A stretch of DNA of 53,437 nucleotides, filler included, from Sphacelaria rigidula (taxonomy: Eukaryota), in assembly GCA_964200075.2 (NCBI GenBank). It is 4 parts of 4 records of this genome, joined end to end, with 100 filler letters (N's around TTAATTAATTAA, not from the genome) between each part and the next. Parts side by side here need not be neighbours in the genome. Positions count along the whole stretch, not along the records: positions 1 to 13,285 come from CAXNAA020002992.1; positions 13,386 to 26,669 come from CAXNAA020002993.1; 2 more parts are not named here. One strand, written 5' to 3'. Positions 12,504 through 24,448 of the stretch are shown piece after piece; the stretch's first letter is position 1; each line of letters opens with the position of its first letter. The position numbers and the translations under genes are program-made. The notes below the pieces were generated by a model. The model saw only the letters and a list, made by a program, of their open reading frames with translations, did not search any database and had not been told where the DNA came from.

Positions 12504-13285
12504 TTCATGACGTGTATTCCTGTCTCTACTGCAACCCGTTTCATCTATTCACGCTTTGTCTGTCTATCTGTTAGTCGGTATGTTGTGTCGATATTTTTCT
12601 CCGCCTGTCTACGTACCTGCCCACCCGCCTAACCACCTACAACAACGTTTTCGTAAGATTGAGAGTGAAACGCTGATTGAGAAATGCTTCGATCATTCGC
12701 TTTAACTTGGACAATTTTTCATTCCTAGTGTGCTTTTCTTTGCCCCCATCACTGGCGTGTGCTAACAGCTGCACGTCGATATCCTACTCAGGGATATCAA
12801 CAGCCTCAGTGGCAAGCTACTACAGAAAGCATATCGGGCCTCGTGGAGGGGCATTTCGGAACTGAAACTATTCCTTCACTAAGAGACCGATTTCCCCCCT
12901 CAACCGTATCCTCTACTACTCTCGATCTCACGAAAACATTGTTCTTTCCACCTATGTTATGTCCACCTATTTTCGCCGTTTCATCTTGAGCCCCTGGTAC
13001 CTATATGGTGCGCTTGAGATCTTGCAGCATCTGAATAAGAACGACTTCGAACGTCGGATGGATACCACTGAACGCCATCGCACTTAAAATCAGAGCACTT
13101 GAATACAGTGTTTCCCCCCCAAGTATCTGCATCTCACCATATCCGTCTTCTTTTTCACCACCACCGGCGTCATGTCATTTTCTCCTCCTGTGACACGGCA
13201 AGCAGATGCTATATTAGAGAGTTTCGGAAACACAAATCAGAACTCAGGGATGAGAAAAAACTTGGGGATTTTTAAGAAAGGTTGG

Positions 13286-13385
13286 NNNNNNNNNNNNNNN
13301 NNNNNNNNNNNNNNNNNNNNNNNNNNNNNTTAATTAATTAANNNNNNNNNNNNNNNNNNNNNNNNNNNNNNNNNNNNNNNNNNNN
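13286..13385. other. Artificial contig-joining linker
   Basis: N44-TTAATTAATTAA-N44; the core gives stop codons in all six frames. Confidence 0.99.
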
Positions 13386-13876
13386 GGGACATCGTAGTCC
13401 CGGGCGGGTGAGACGGGGGTAGGCGCGGGGGGGGGGGGAAGAGAATAATAGAAGAAAATATGTGTGTGTTGGCGTCTTCTTTTTTCCCTAGACTGCTCTT
13501 CCTTTAAAAACAAAACACGCAATCATTTTTGAACTGTGCACATTTTTTATTATGCGGGTCTTTTTGGGGATTTTTTTTTATTGCTCCGAACGGTGGAGTT
13601 TTTACGCCTTAAATGACAACAGAACTACGAGTACTGCATGACACAAAAGCGTCCGCCTGAGGTGAACTAGCTCGCCAGCTACCCAGCTACGCACGCCCTG
13701 TGATCAAGGCTAATGTTGCTTGTTTGGAAATATCGACTCCTGGCAGCTACTCGTGAATACCGTGAAGGCCGTGCCGCAGTTCGGCTATACTATACATCAA
13801 ATGGTTCGCTACGCTCCGGATCTGTAATGGTCTGACCGTCACTATTAGGATGGAGAGAACATGGGTTCGATTCCCG

Positions 13877-13877
<1 letters not shown>

Positions 13878-13939
<62 letters not shown>
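13878..13939. repeat. (TG)n microsatellite at the 3' tail of the adjacent SINE
   Basis: About 30 TG units abutting the minus-strand SINE end. Confidence 0.97.
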
Positions 13940-13949
<10 letters not shown>

Positions 13950-13959
13950 CGTGTTATGT

Positions 13960-14310
13960 TGTCATCGCATCTAGTTTTGGACGCTAGTCTATGCATTTTG
14001 GTATACGTAAGCAAATCAGCCGGGGTCACAGAGGAGGAAGGTCAGCATAGGATATTTTTTCTTCGTTTTTATTTATTATACTCCTCCACCTCCCATCTGC
14101 GGTGCTTGCCTTATGTTTGATCGCGAGAGGGGTTCAGCGGTCCCATTCCTTCGTCAACCGTGAAGCCGAATCTTGTGCACCCACAACATATTCGCTCGCC
14201 ACTGGTGCACATTATGTGAGACAAAAATCCCAGATCGTGTGACTGCACCGAGATTCGAACCCACGACCCAACCGCCAGAACGTTTCGAGGTTACCAACTA
14301 TAGCCACCGG
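13960..14310 (-). mobile_element. tRNA-derived SINE, copy A
   Basis: Minus-strand head with A-box TGGCTATAGTTGG and B-box GGTTCGAATC. Body shared with the copies at 32124, 46603 and 48309. Confidence 0.85.
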
Positions 14311-16708
14311 GTTAGTAAACAAAAAATGGTTTGACTGACTTTGTTTGACGAGAGTTGACGCGGTGCGGGAGTGCTGACCCAATCCGCGAGACCAAAATGA
14401 AAGGCGGATGCCAGGGATGGGGAGATTTGTTGACCCTTGAGGCCACGGACTCGTCCCGAGGAGAGAAGAGGGAGGTTCAAAGTGCAACACACACAAAAAT
14501 AATAGAATTGGACCACAATTGCGGGGAGCTGAATATACTCACGGGTTGAACGAACGGCATATGACAACATGGTGTCGCTTCTGAGGTGCGTGCAATATAG
14601 ACGCAGCGATAGTAACTTTTTTCGGTTCCACGTTGCGTTGTGCTTGCGCAGCCTCGCGACGCGCGCAGGCAGTCTCAGCGCACCCATCATAGCTCCGAGC
14701 CTGAACCCTGCCCAGCACCACGCAGGCAGGCCTTGTTTCGGCGGGGATCCATGCAGTTTTTCAGGAGCTACGGGCCATTCGTGTCGGCGCCGACATTACT
14801 ACAGACAGCACAGGTAGTCGTCATTCGGCTGCGAAGGCCGACTGTAGGGTCACAACGGTGCCGTAATTCGTGTTCAAGATTTGGCTGTTGAAGCAGCGCA
14901 ACCCTTTTGAGTTAATGTTGCGCACGATAAAGTCTCCTGGCGGCTTCTTCGAGAGCCCGAAAAAAGGGATTCGTCGTCGGAACCCCAGCAGTGGACATCA
15001 GTCACCACGATCCTCATTTGTCATTGCTATTGCGTGTCTGCCATCATCGGTGTGGTGCGGTGCAGTTCGTGATCTATGTTCCACATTTCCCCCCCACCCC
15101 CCCACCCCTGTCAATAGACATTGCAGTGATTGATTGGACATGACAATACGCAGTGCTTTGCAAGTATTGGGAGAATACACTTTTGATCAACAATGTTGGA
15201 TGACCGAAGCAGGGGGGGGTGTTCGCATCGTTTTCTCGCCCCCCAAGCCTGGTCCGGCGAAAACCCGGCGTGCTCCGTCCCGGCGTCGTAGGGATGCGAG
15301 GTCAGTGGTCTGATGACTATGACATGCATAATCATGAGTACACCCCCCCACTCATTTCGGGGGTAAATACGCATGTTTTCATAGTTGTTGTCAATAACTG
15401 TGATGGAAGTGCATACCCGCAGGGGACTTAACTTGAACATTACAGGAGGGGTCAGGGACGAGACTTCTTGCAGACATGCGTGTCGGGGCACTGGATCCTG
15501 CGGGGCTTCATCTTACCCTAATCTACGTTATACATATCATTGGATTATGGGATGATAAACTAGGAATATTTCGATGTGGAGGACAATTACAGAACAACGG
15601 TTAATGTCGAACAATCCATCCATCCATCCATCAGCCAATCAATCAATACACCGGGATGTGGTGGACATAGACAGTAACGTGCGATGCGTAGCACCCGCCC
15701 TCTCCACCCTCCACCCCCTTGGCTGTTCTTGGCCAATTTTGAAGATTTGACACTATGATGCCACTTGCGTTTTTCTGTCGGCTAGGTCCCAGATTACTGT
15801 GCATTTTTGCGGAAGACACCCGCTATGTACACACAGTACGAAAGCACAGGATGCTTCCCTTCCCACAGCAACCAACAGCCGATCATCGGAATTGAGGATG
15901 GAGCTTGTCACTGAGGATGAGAATCCGAGGATTTGAATCTTCGTATCCACACGAAACCTTCGAAATATGGTTCCAATCCTTCACCTACTGGTAGCTATTG
16001 ACAAGTGCTACACGCCATACATAATGTAATTTCAATAACCGAAATATTGAGGTCCTAGGTAAAGAACCGGTTTCGGGGGAATACACCGCAGCGTCGAGGC
16101 GTACACGGCTTCGCTTGCACGCACGGCCCGTATCCAACGCTGTCAACACAATGTTGCGCTAATGTTCAAACGCGTAGAGAAGGGTGGCCAATAGAATGAA
16201 ATTCCAGAACAAGTACGAAAATGACTTCATGACTGCCCTAAGCGTAACTTCTCACAAAGTACAACGTGAGTGCACTGTCGCACGAGGCCCAGCCAGAAAC
16301 TTGGATGCGCCAGCGAGAAAGAGTCAAGTGCGCCGCCGTGGTTATTGATGTTCAATGTTTGCTGGTAATCATGTCGGTCACATGTTTTACGCTGAGACAC
16401 CTGGCAGAGTGCTGCTGGCATTTTTATCCGAACAGAAGCTCACGAGACACATTCACTTGCTGTGGATAGCCGTGACGGACATTTATTAGTGTGCATTAAG
16501 TCGTCTCGATAAACGCCGTTGTCGCCAATGGAGACGTTAGGGCGAAGAACCCACGAGCAGCAAAAACCATCCCGTTGTGTCAGGCGAAGAGAGCATGGTC
16601 TTGACCTTGAGCGATGGCTGCTGGCATACCGCACCACGTGTCCCTCCAGTTGAAGTATACATTCGGTGGTGCTCTTCAGAGTGAGTTGCGTACGATTGCG
16701 TTTCATAT

Positions 16709-17787
16709 ACTAGCTGGTTCAGGGTGAACACCCAAGATTTATTCCACACTAAATGCAGAACGCAAAACTGACCCGATATGAACACATTTGGTATCACAGT
16801 GGACCCCACGACCAAGCGAACAGTGTGACATGGTCAGATTCTTTCTTGCGTCCTTCGCCGTGGCGCTATCAGTGAAAATGTTCCCAGGCCAATCAGCGGC
16901 CTTCAAGTTGTTCCGAAAAGTACGAATTTCCATCTCAATATGTACCCGATCTCATTCTAAATTGAACAGTAGTAACCACCATCAGCTAGGGAATCTTACG
17001 CAAAATACAGATTTAAAAACGGTTTGCATAGGATCGAGCTATACCCCAGAACGTGCTATTTCAGTGATGTGGGGTTTTGACGTCGTCGGATTTCCACGAT
17101 AATATGCATCGAATACCCAGAAAACCTCCTTGTAACTCGAAAAGCTCCGATTCATCCTCAAACTTGGCCGTTTGGTAGATATGGGTGCCGTGAATGAAAA
17201 ATAAAACGTTTATGAATATTTCAAATTTCATCCGTTTTTTACCGGATTACCGGGGTCCAATCGTACGACCCCCAGAATTCTGTACATATTGCTCCAAAAT
17301 AAAAGTGATAGTGTGACTGATCCCGCGGTAGCCCATGGAATGTTCGCACGGAGCTTCGTTGCGTAAATCGGAAAGCTAATCCCAAACGGTCGGTTAAGGC
17401 TCAAGCGCACAAGGAAACATCAGCAGCATACTACAATCAAGTAATTTGAGGGGGGTTCCGCGTACATCTGTATGCTTCAAGGCACAAAGGCCAATTAATT
17501 GCTCACGCCGTTTTTTGGCGTTAGGCCCTGAAATGTTGCATACGGATGCTCTGAGGTATTACAAGGGCTGTATGAATGGGGTCTTGCGATTTTCATGTTT
17601 TTCGCCAGATACCCCGGGGTATCGGGGTATCTGGCGAAAACGTAAAAATCGCAAGAACCCATTTATACAGCCCTTCTAAATATCTCAGAGCACCCGTGTG
17701 CAAACTTTCGGGGTCTGAATAACCCCCCAAAACACCGTGAGCAGTCGCTGACGAGTAAATTCCCATCGTTCACCCTTAATCGGCCTG
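16709..17787. mobile_element. Non-autonomous TIR DNA transposon of about 1.1 kb, copy 2
   Basis: ctggttcagggtgaac ... gttcacccttaatcggcctg, followed by TA. Internal palindrome at 17500-17743. Confidence 0.85.
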
Positions 17788-17794
17788 TACTGTA

Positions 17795-18387
17795 CGAGCT
17801 GGCCTCGCAGTAAATCCCACATTTGCATGTCACATGATAACTTATCGAGTTTACCAAATCAGCCCGACTTGAGTATATCGGTGTGACCTGCAGATCAACG
17901 TGGTAACGCACGGGACCGCCGCGGAATGAAAAAAAAAATACTGCATTATTGTGTATCACCTAACCGACGGCACAAAAAAAAGGAAACCGTCGGGATTCGA
18001 ACTCGTGACCTCCATAATAAGTCGAGTCAATTGCATCACTTGGTTTAAATGAGCGCAGCCGTGCCACACGAAAAGTTGGATCCTGCGCCAATTTTCTGGA
18101 GTTTTTTGGCTGAAATTGCACCAAAACCTCCTCCACACAAGGACGCACAACTGCACTAGGGATACCCCCGTATTTCTTCATTTTCACTGAGTTATAATAT
18201 TTTTTCCAGTTTTTGCAGGAACTTCAAATCGCTCTATCTTTTCTTTTTTTTTCCTCTTGGCATCCCCGAGAAGGTTATGCGTAGTGATGATAATATCGGT
18301 GTGTCGAAATTTCAGCGCCCAACGCTTCGGGTTACCCACCACCCGGCGCGGATAAACTCGCATACCACTGTCAACTGGCCCAGCTCG
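17795..18387. mobile_element. Tc1/mariner-type non-autonomous element, copy 1
   Basis: TA-cgagctggcc ... ggcccagctcg-TA. Colinear with 23837-24448. Confidence 0.8.
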
Positions 18388-18677
18388 TATCCGAATTGAA
18401 TATGGCCATCGTATTTGTACAAAACTGTATCCGTCTGTGCTGATCTTGTCGAAATACCGATCATGAGTTTGTGCGCCGCGGTGAACATAATTGAGATGAT
18501 AGCTAGTCACGGACGCGGTCTGTAGCTGCAGGTCAGTGATAGTGAATGAGTCCTTCATCAATATCTGCCGATTCCCACCATGTGCTTTTTTAAGAGGGGT
18601 GGTAAACAAGGTGACACCAATGCAGGCAAATACAGAACGTTTTCTTTGCAGCAGAAAACATGTGTGCTGCTGTATTG

Positions 18678-19242
18678 TACCATTTTTATATGGTAACCAA
18701 TCTCGATTTATATAAACATTAGGATTTCAATTCGTCTACAAACGATTTTCTCTCGTGCACTGAGTTTTCGAACCCCAGTCCGTTAGGCAGTGTTTTTCGG
18801 CCAGCTGTGCGAGAACTGGATCATTTCTCCGATTCTCTGGACGTTGACTTTTGATTTATCACCTTTCTGCTCAATTCGGGACACTCCCGCTCCTCCCTCT
18901 CGATTTCCCCCCGACTAAAAAAAAAACGGGGAGATGCCGGAGTGTCCTAAACTGAGCAGAAACGTGCTAAAATATTGTACTATACCAAAAGTTAACGTCC
19001 AGAAAATCGAAGAATTTTGAATGCGGGGGTGTCCCGATTTGAGTAGAAATGTGATACAATAATACAAAAGTCAACGTCAAGAAAATCGGAGAACTGATCT
19101 GTTTTTCTCACAGCTAGCCGACAAACATTGCCCAACGGACTGGGGTTCGAGAAATCAATGCACGGGAGGAAATCGTCTGTGGACGGGCTGAAATCCTCAT
19201 ATTTGTACAAATCGAGATTGGTTACCACCATATAAAAATCGT
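18678..19242. mobile_element. Foldback element/MITE with TIRs of about 210 bp
   Basis: 18678-18890 is the diverged reverse complement of 19023-19242 (atttttatatggtaaccaatctcgattt versus aaatcgagattggttaccaccatataaaaat). Confidence 0.9.
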
Positions 19243-19974
19243 CTTACACACTCGTGAAGTTTACCTTAATAGAGGTATCTCAAACTCGGCTCCCGGTATC
19301 CTGGTTTGTTTTGTTCTATTTTTTTAAGTAAAAGTGATGCTGATTCATCAGATGATGAGACCGTTTGACTGCCAGGTCAGGTCCTCTCATGAATCGCCAT
19401 CACTTTCACTTGGAAACATAATGCACAACTCAGAGCTAGCGAATAAACCACAGTGTTACGCCGGTTTTTTTTTTGTAGCGAAATAGACGCCTCCGCAATG
19501 TCCGCGAGAAACGGTGGATTATGGCAAATATCCTTATTTCGACCCGAGGTTCCGCACACCTTGTGCATGCAGCCGCGGACCTGAAAGCATCGCCCAAGTG
19601 GAAGGAGTGGGCTCGAAGATGTTCGAGGTGTGTTTATATACTGACAAGCAGTTCCTCTCGCAAGTTGCATCCATAATGGTGCTGTCTGCTTGGAGCATTT
19701 GCAGAATCCGTGCAGCCTGGGCAAACACCACCCCCCCCTGTCGAACCTCACCTCCGGTGTCATGGCAGAGCACGGCGCTCGCATGGCGCCACGGGCAGAG
19801 ACTAGGAGGGTGTTTTCACCATCTAGAGAGGTCAATATTTCCATAGAAAAAGCTTGTGCTAAAATCCATCAATGCCGTAACTTAAACGACGTGACAGAAG
19901 TTTGAAAAAGTTCAAACCTTTTATCCGCACCAATGCATGGGCCATCTGGACTGCCGTGCACTGCACCAACAGCA

Positions 19975-20125
19975 CATAACAGCAACATAGAGCACACCAC
20001 AGCGCAGCGCAGCGCCGCACAGTACAGTACAGTTCAACACAGTAGAGTACAGCATAGCATAGTATAGTACAGTGTGGTACAGTATAATACAGTACAATAA
20101 AGTTCAGAGCAGTACAGAGCATTGT
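19975..20125. repeat. Degenerate pentanucleotide microsatellite (CAGTA/CAGCG-like)
   Basis: acagtacagtacagt, cagcgcagcgcagcg and agcatagcatag runs. Confidence 0.8.
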
Positions 20126-20163
20126 GCTGCTGCTGGCGAAGTATATAGTGACAGCACTGTACT

Positions 20164-20586
20164 GGGAATTCTATAAAATGAGGTTGCACGATGAAATGAG
20201 GTTTAAGCCCAAGACAGTGATTTCCCCACACTTTCAGCGATGATGCTCAATGACCTTTTCGTCAGCCTCATGCCCCTTGATCGCGTAGGTACGTCTTCAG
20301 CACATTTTACCGACTCTGTGAGCATATACAGCGCTGCCCTGAACCGTCATTTTCCCTCAATTTTTTAGGGGGGGGGGGGGGGGGGGAGGTGATATCAGGG
20401 GAAACGACGCTTTCGGCCAGCGCGGTAAGCTCACAGTCGGTAAAACGCGCAGAATAAGTATCTACGCGATCGAGGGGCATTAGGCTGACAAAAAAGTCAT
20501 GAGGCACCATCGCTGAAAGTGTAGGGAAGGCACTGTTGTGGGCTTGAACCTTATTTCATCGTGCAACCTCATTTTTTAGAATTCCC
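20164..20586. mobile_element. Foldback/Mutator-like MITE with TIRs of about 160 bp
   Basis: gggaattctataaaatgaggttgcacgatgaaat ... atttcatcgtgcaacctcattttttagaattccc, with a central G-run. Confidence 0.9.
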
Positions 20587-20977
20587 TCTTTCGAAGAAAA
20601 CGCTACAAAGAGTACAAGTGTGTATAAAGCAACGTGATGAAGACGTATCTGCATCACGTTCTGAAAACAGCGGGGCCGTAATAAATCGACGGCTTGCGTT
20701 GTACACAAGCGAATGTACAACTCGCACTTAGTGTCTGTCCCGAGCTGGAGAAGGAGTCCAATTTGGTAATCTGACACCCGGAATCAAATAACTAGCTGGT
20801 GGCGTGGGTCGAGATTTCCGTCGTTGACATGAACATAGATTTCGACTTCTCGTTTTTCACGGTACTTCAGAATCACGATAGGACGACACGACCGCTACAT
20901 GCGACAGAGAACATATACCTCCGTCGCCACAGGAGGCGAGAACATGAGAACGGCAGGGTAGATGACACGCTTGATCC

Positions 20978-21122
20978 GGTGTTCAACTCGCCACCTAACC
21001 CCCCCCCCCCCTACACCCCTCCGCCGCAGACGGGGAGGATCCCCNNNNNNNNGATGTTCAACTCGCCACCTACCCCCCCCCCCCCCGTACATACCCTCGC
21101 GGCAGATGTGGAGGATCCCCAG
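20978..21122. repeat. Tandem repeat of about 75 bp spanning a small internal N gap
   Basis: gttcaactcgccaccta-Cn...gaggatcccc occurs twice, separated by 8 N. Confidence 0.8.
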
Positions 21123-22137
21123 GGCTAACTCATGGGATGTGACGTCCGGGCGCCTGCTGTGGCGCCGCCCGGGGCAGCCCGAGCGTCACATACGATACCA
21201 GAACCGATCCTGAGGTAAGAGCATCTTCAATTTACTATTGTAGCAACCCCGCGAGCTATCGCAGGTGATGATCGCACGCTCCTCACTGCTTGCTTTCAGG
21301 TGATGACTGCGGCTTTCGAACCAAACGCAGGACGTGAGCATGCGTGGAATATATATATCTATATATACATATAGGATTATGTAAATGCACAACATTCCCC
21401 GACCCTGACTCAGTAAACGTCAAATATTGCACAGCCAAGTTCTTGCACACATGCGCGTTGTTGCATGTCACGCGGGCAGGTAGTGAAACATCTGCGTATC
21501 TGCGGCCGTCATCCCGCCCGGCACATGCCACAAATGTGGTTGAGAGAAGTTCTCGGCCGACAGGCGTAGAAGCTGCAGTGTCGATGTCAAATATGAGGGC
21601 AATTGCTGGCGGCCATGTCGATGACGAGGACGCAGTAGGAGAGGACCCCAGTCCCCAATCTTATGGAAAACACAGGGCGATCGCACTGTTCTGTGACTCT
21701 CGGGCGCCAGGCGCGGTGGTCGGGAGCCTTCCCGCTGCTGCCCAGACTTAGATGCCTGTAAGACGCACGTCAGTAAGTCCGATGCGGTGTTCGAATACTG
21801 GGGGGGGAGCTTCCTACGCAGTATGCCCCCAGTGGACTTCAACGGACGCGGGTAGGGCATAGAACCTGAGAGGAGGAATCACCACAAGGGTAGTGTAAAA
21901 TCGTCGAGCACAGCGGGGGTGGAGCTGTCACGCGATAACATTGTGGTGTACTTGTCGAGTCACACATACGTCGACACATCCGGAAACGTGCAAATACTCA
22001 GATGTGCCTGCAACCCGGAAAGGGCGGCGTCAAAACACAGATGCCGGTGTTTGGGGAACTGCGCTCTGAGCTGCGGTTGCCAGGGTCGCTGCTTCCTGCC
22101 CCCGCCCCGAATCCCGGTGAGGAAACCGGCGACGGAC

Positions 22138-22590
22138 AGAGCGGTGCACGCGGTCAATCGCGAAACGGAAGAAGCCGATCAACAGCGAAGCATTTGAGGG
22201 GTGGGTCAACTGCATCACGTGGAATGGGGGCGGCGAGCAAGCAGCGCACCAGGGACACCTGTTGGTACGACTGATGGTGAGGAGCCTTGTCGGCGCGGCG
22301 CCGGGGGGGAGGTGGTGGCGGGAGCGCACTCGGGACCAGATCCGATCAGTGGAACCGCCGGCGTAGATAGCCGCGCACGCGGGCAATCGCGCAACGGGAA
22401 AGGCCGCTCAACAGCGAAGCATGCAAGGGGCGAGTCGGCTGCATCACGCGGAAGGGGTGCGGCAAGTGGAGGGAGCAACGCGCCAGGGGCACCTCTTGGT
22501 GTGACCGATGGTGAGGGGCGTTACTGGCACGGCGGCGGGAGGCAGGGGGTAGGGGGGGCGTATCCGGGACAAGATCCCATCGATGGCTAC
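22138..22590 (+). repeat. Tandem duplication of about 230 bp preserving a Gly/Arg-rich peptide
   Basis: ARGQSRNGRSRSTAKH...APGTPVGTTDGE...GAHSGPDPISG versus ARGQSRNGKGRSTAKH...APGAPLGVTDGE...GAYPGQDPIDG. Confidence 0.8.
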
Positions 22591-23836
22591 TTTCGCGACG
22601 GTGGATTAGTGAACCCGTCAGACACAAGTCGAACTCTGCAGCCGGGATCTGGATCGGGGATTCTGATTCAGAATGAAGCGGGTCTGAGAGAGAGGACTCG
22701 GCATCGGCAGCGGGCGACGACAATGAGGAAGATTTCGCGTTATAATTTCAGTCTGCGGATAATATTGGGGCCGTTCTTTCTGTAGATAGATTGCGCAAAC
22801 GTTTCTGTACAACTCAAGGTTGTTTTTCCCACGCTGTAGTCATGAGCCGTGTCTCATGTACATGGCCATGATGGCTCGTGGATGTGCGGTGCACCGTGGG
22901 GTGCAAAAGTGTATTGGGGGTGATCTGGTTACGCCCGTCAGCGAGTCGCCTGTGGTGCATGAGGCTACCTGGTAATGTCAACGAAGTGAGTGTTTCAACA
23001 CAAGACGACTAATCTGACCGTCACCCTCGTATGCCAGTCAACCTTTCGACTTACCGTGCAGCACTGCCAACGCTCGCGCCTCAACGCTATGGCGTTCGCG
23101 CAAGGAGACAAGTGCCGGGAATCATCCGTATCACTATTGTGCTGAACGGTCCGACGAAAAACATCGGCTGGTGTTCTTCGCCACACTCTCGCCGACGTCC
23201 TTGATACTGCATCATGTGCACCGAACCGGAGGGTCGTGTCACCAACGGTCTTGCGCATCTCACATCGGGTCAATTTTCGCTACGTTTCATATCAACCGCT
23301 TATTGTGGCAAACACAACATGTTGAACGGCTGTTTTTTTTGTCCTTCTTCTTCGTTTTGGGCGTAAGTGATGGCTGGGAGAATGTTGCCCTCCTCGGTAT
23401 GCCTTGCGTTCATCGTCGGAAAATCTGTCACGTCACATGAACGTATTGAGGTGCTTGTATCTTTTTCCTTTTGCCGAAGTTGTATGTTCGTCCAAGAGCT
23501 ATTAACATCAATCGACTTCAGGATAAAGTGGTGATCAGGTGTAGAAATCCATGACAGTTATCAACTCGTGTCGACTGTTCTTAGACAAAAATGCTAGCCC
23601 AGTCGAAACAATTCTGCGATCACCGGAAAATGCGAATATGGCACGGATTGTTCCACTGAACTTGACCACTCTGGCAGGTGAGTGTACGTGTTGAAAAAAA
23701 AAAATCCATTACCAGAAAAAATTGAGGTATCCTCGAGTATTTTTTCGTGCAGAATAGGAAGTCACTATAATGTGTCAATGCTCTCCTAGCTCCCTTTCGC
23801 CCACAAAATAACACACACGAACAAAAAATAGTGCTA

Positions 23837-24285
23837 CGGGCTGGGCCAGCGGTAAATCCCGCATTTGCATGTCACACCATAACTCATCAAGTTTGTCAAA
23901 CCAGTCCGACCTGAGTATATCCGTGTGACGTGCAGACCAACGTGGTAACCACGGGACCACCACTGCAAGAAAAAAAATGAAAGAAATGTGCGGAATAATG
24001 TATCACCCAACCGACGGAACAAAAGAAAGGAATCCGTCGGGATTCGCACTCGTGACCTCCATAATTGGAGTCAATTGCGTCACTTGGAAGCGCAGCCGTG
24101 CCACACGAAAAGTTGGATGCTGCGCCAAATTTCTGGAAGATTTGGCCGCAATTGCACCAGGATGTTCTCCAATGAAGGACGCACAACTACGGTAGCGATG
24201 CTCCCGTATTTATTTATTTATTCATTTATCATCACGGAGTTATAACATTCTTCTAGTTTTTGCAGAAATTTCAAATCGCTCTAAA

Positions 24286-24316
<31 letters not shown>

Positions 24317-24448
24317 CTTAGCATCCCCGGGAAGGTTGTGCATAGTGATGATACAAATATTTTGTCAAAATTTCAGCGCCCAACGCTTCGGATTACCAAC
24401 CACCCGGCCCGGATACATTCGCAAATCACTGTCAGCTGGTCAAATTCG
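23837..24448. mobile_element. Tc1/mariner-type non-autonomous element, copy 2
   Basis: TA-cgggctgggccagc ... gctggtcaaattcg-TA. Internal (GT)n at about 24285-24311. Confidence 0.8.

Noticed and set aside
12640-13200. Decayed coding-like stretch on the minus strand
   Set aside because: It has several stops and no motif I can recognise, so it cannot be assigned.
13330-13341. Palindromic TTAATTAATTAA recurring with an exact 13384-bp period
   Set aside because: It is embedded in N runs and is an artificial six-frame stop linker, not biology.
13812-13877. Possible tRNA gene (taatggt...gggttcgattccc)
   Set aside because: A B-box is present but there is no convincing acceptor stem or cloverleaf, and it is cut by (TG)n. 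It is more likely a SINE-head remnant.
19859-20231. Cys/Tyr-rich ORFs
   Set aside because: They are products of a pentanucleotide microsatellite.
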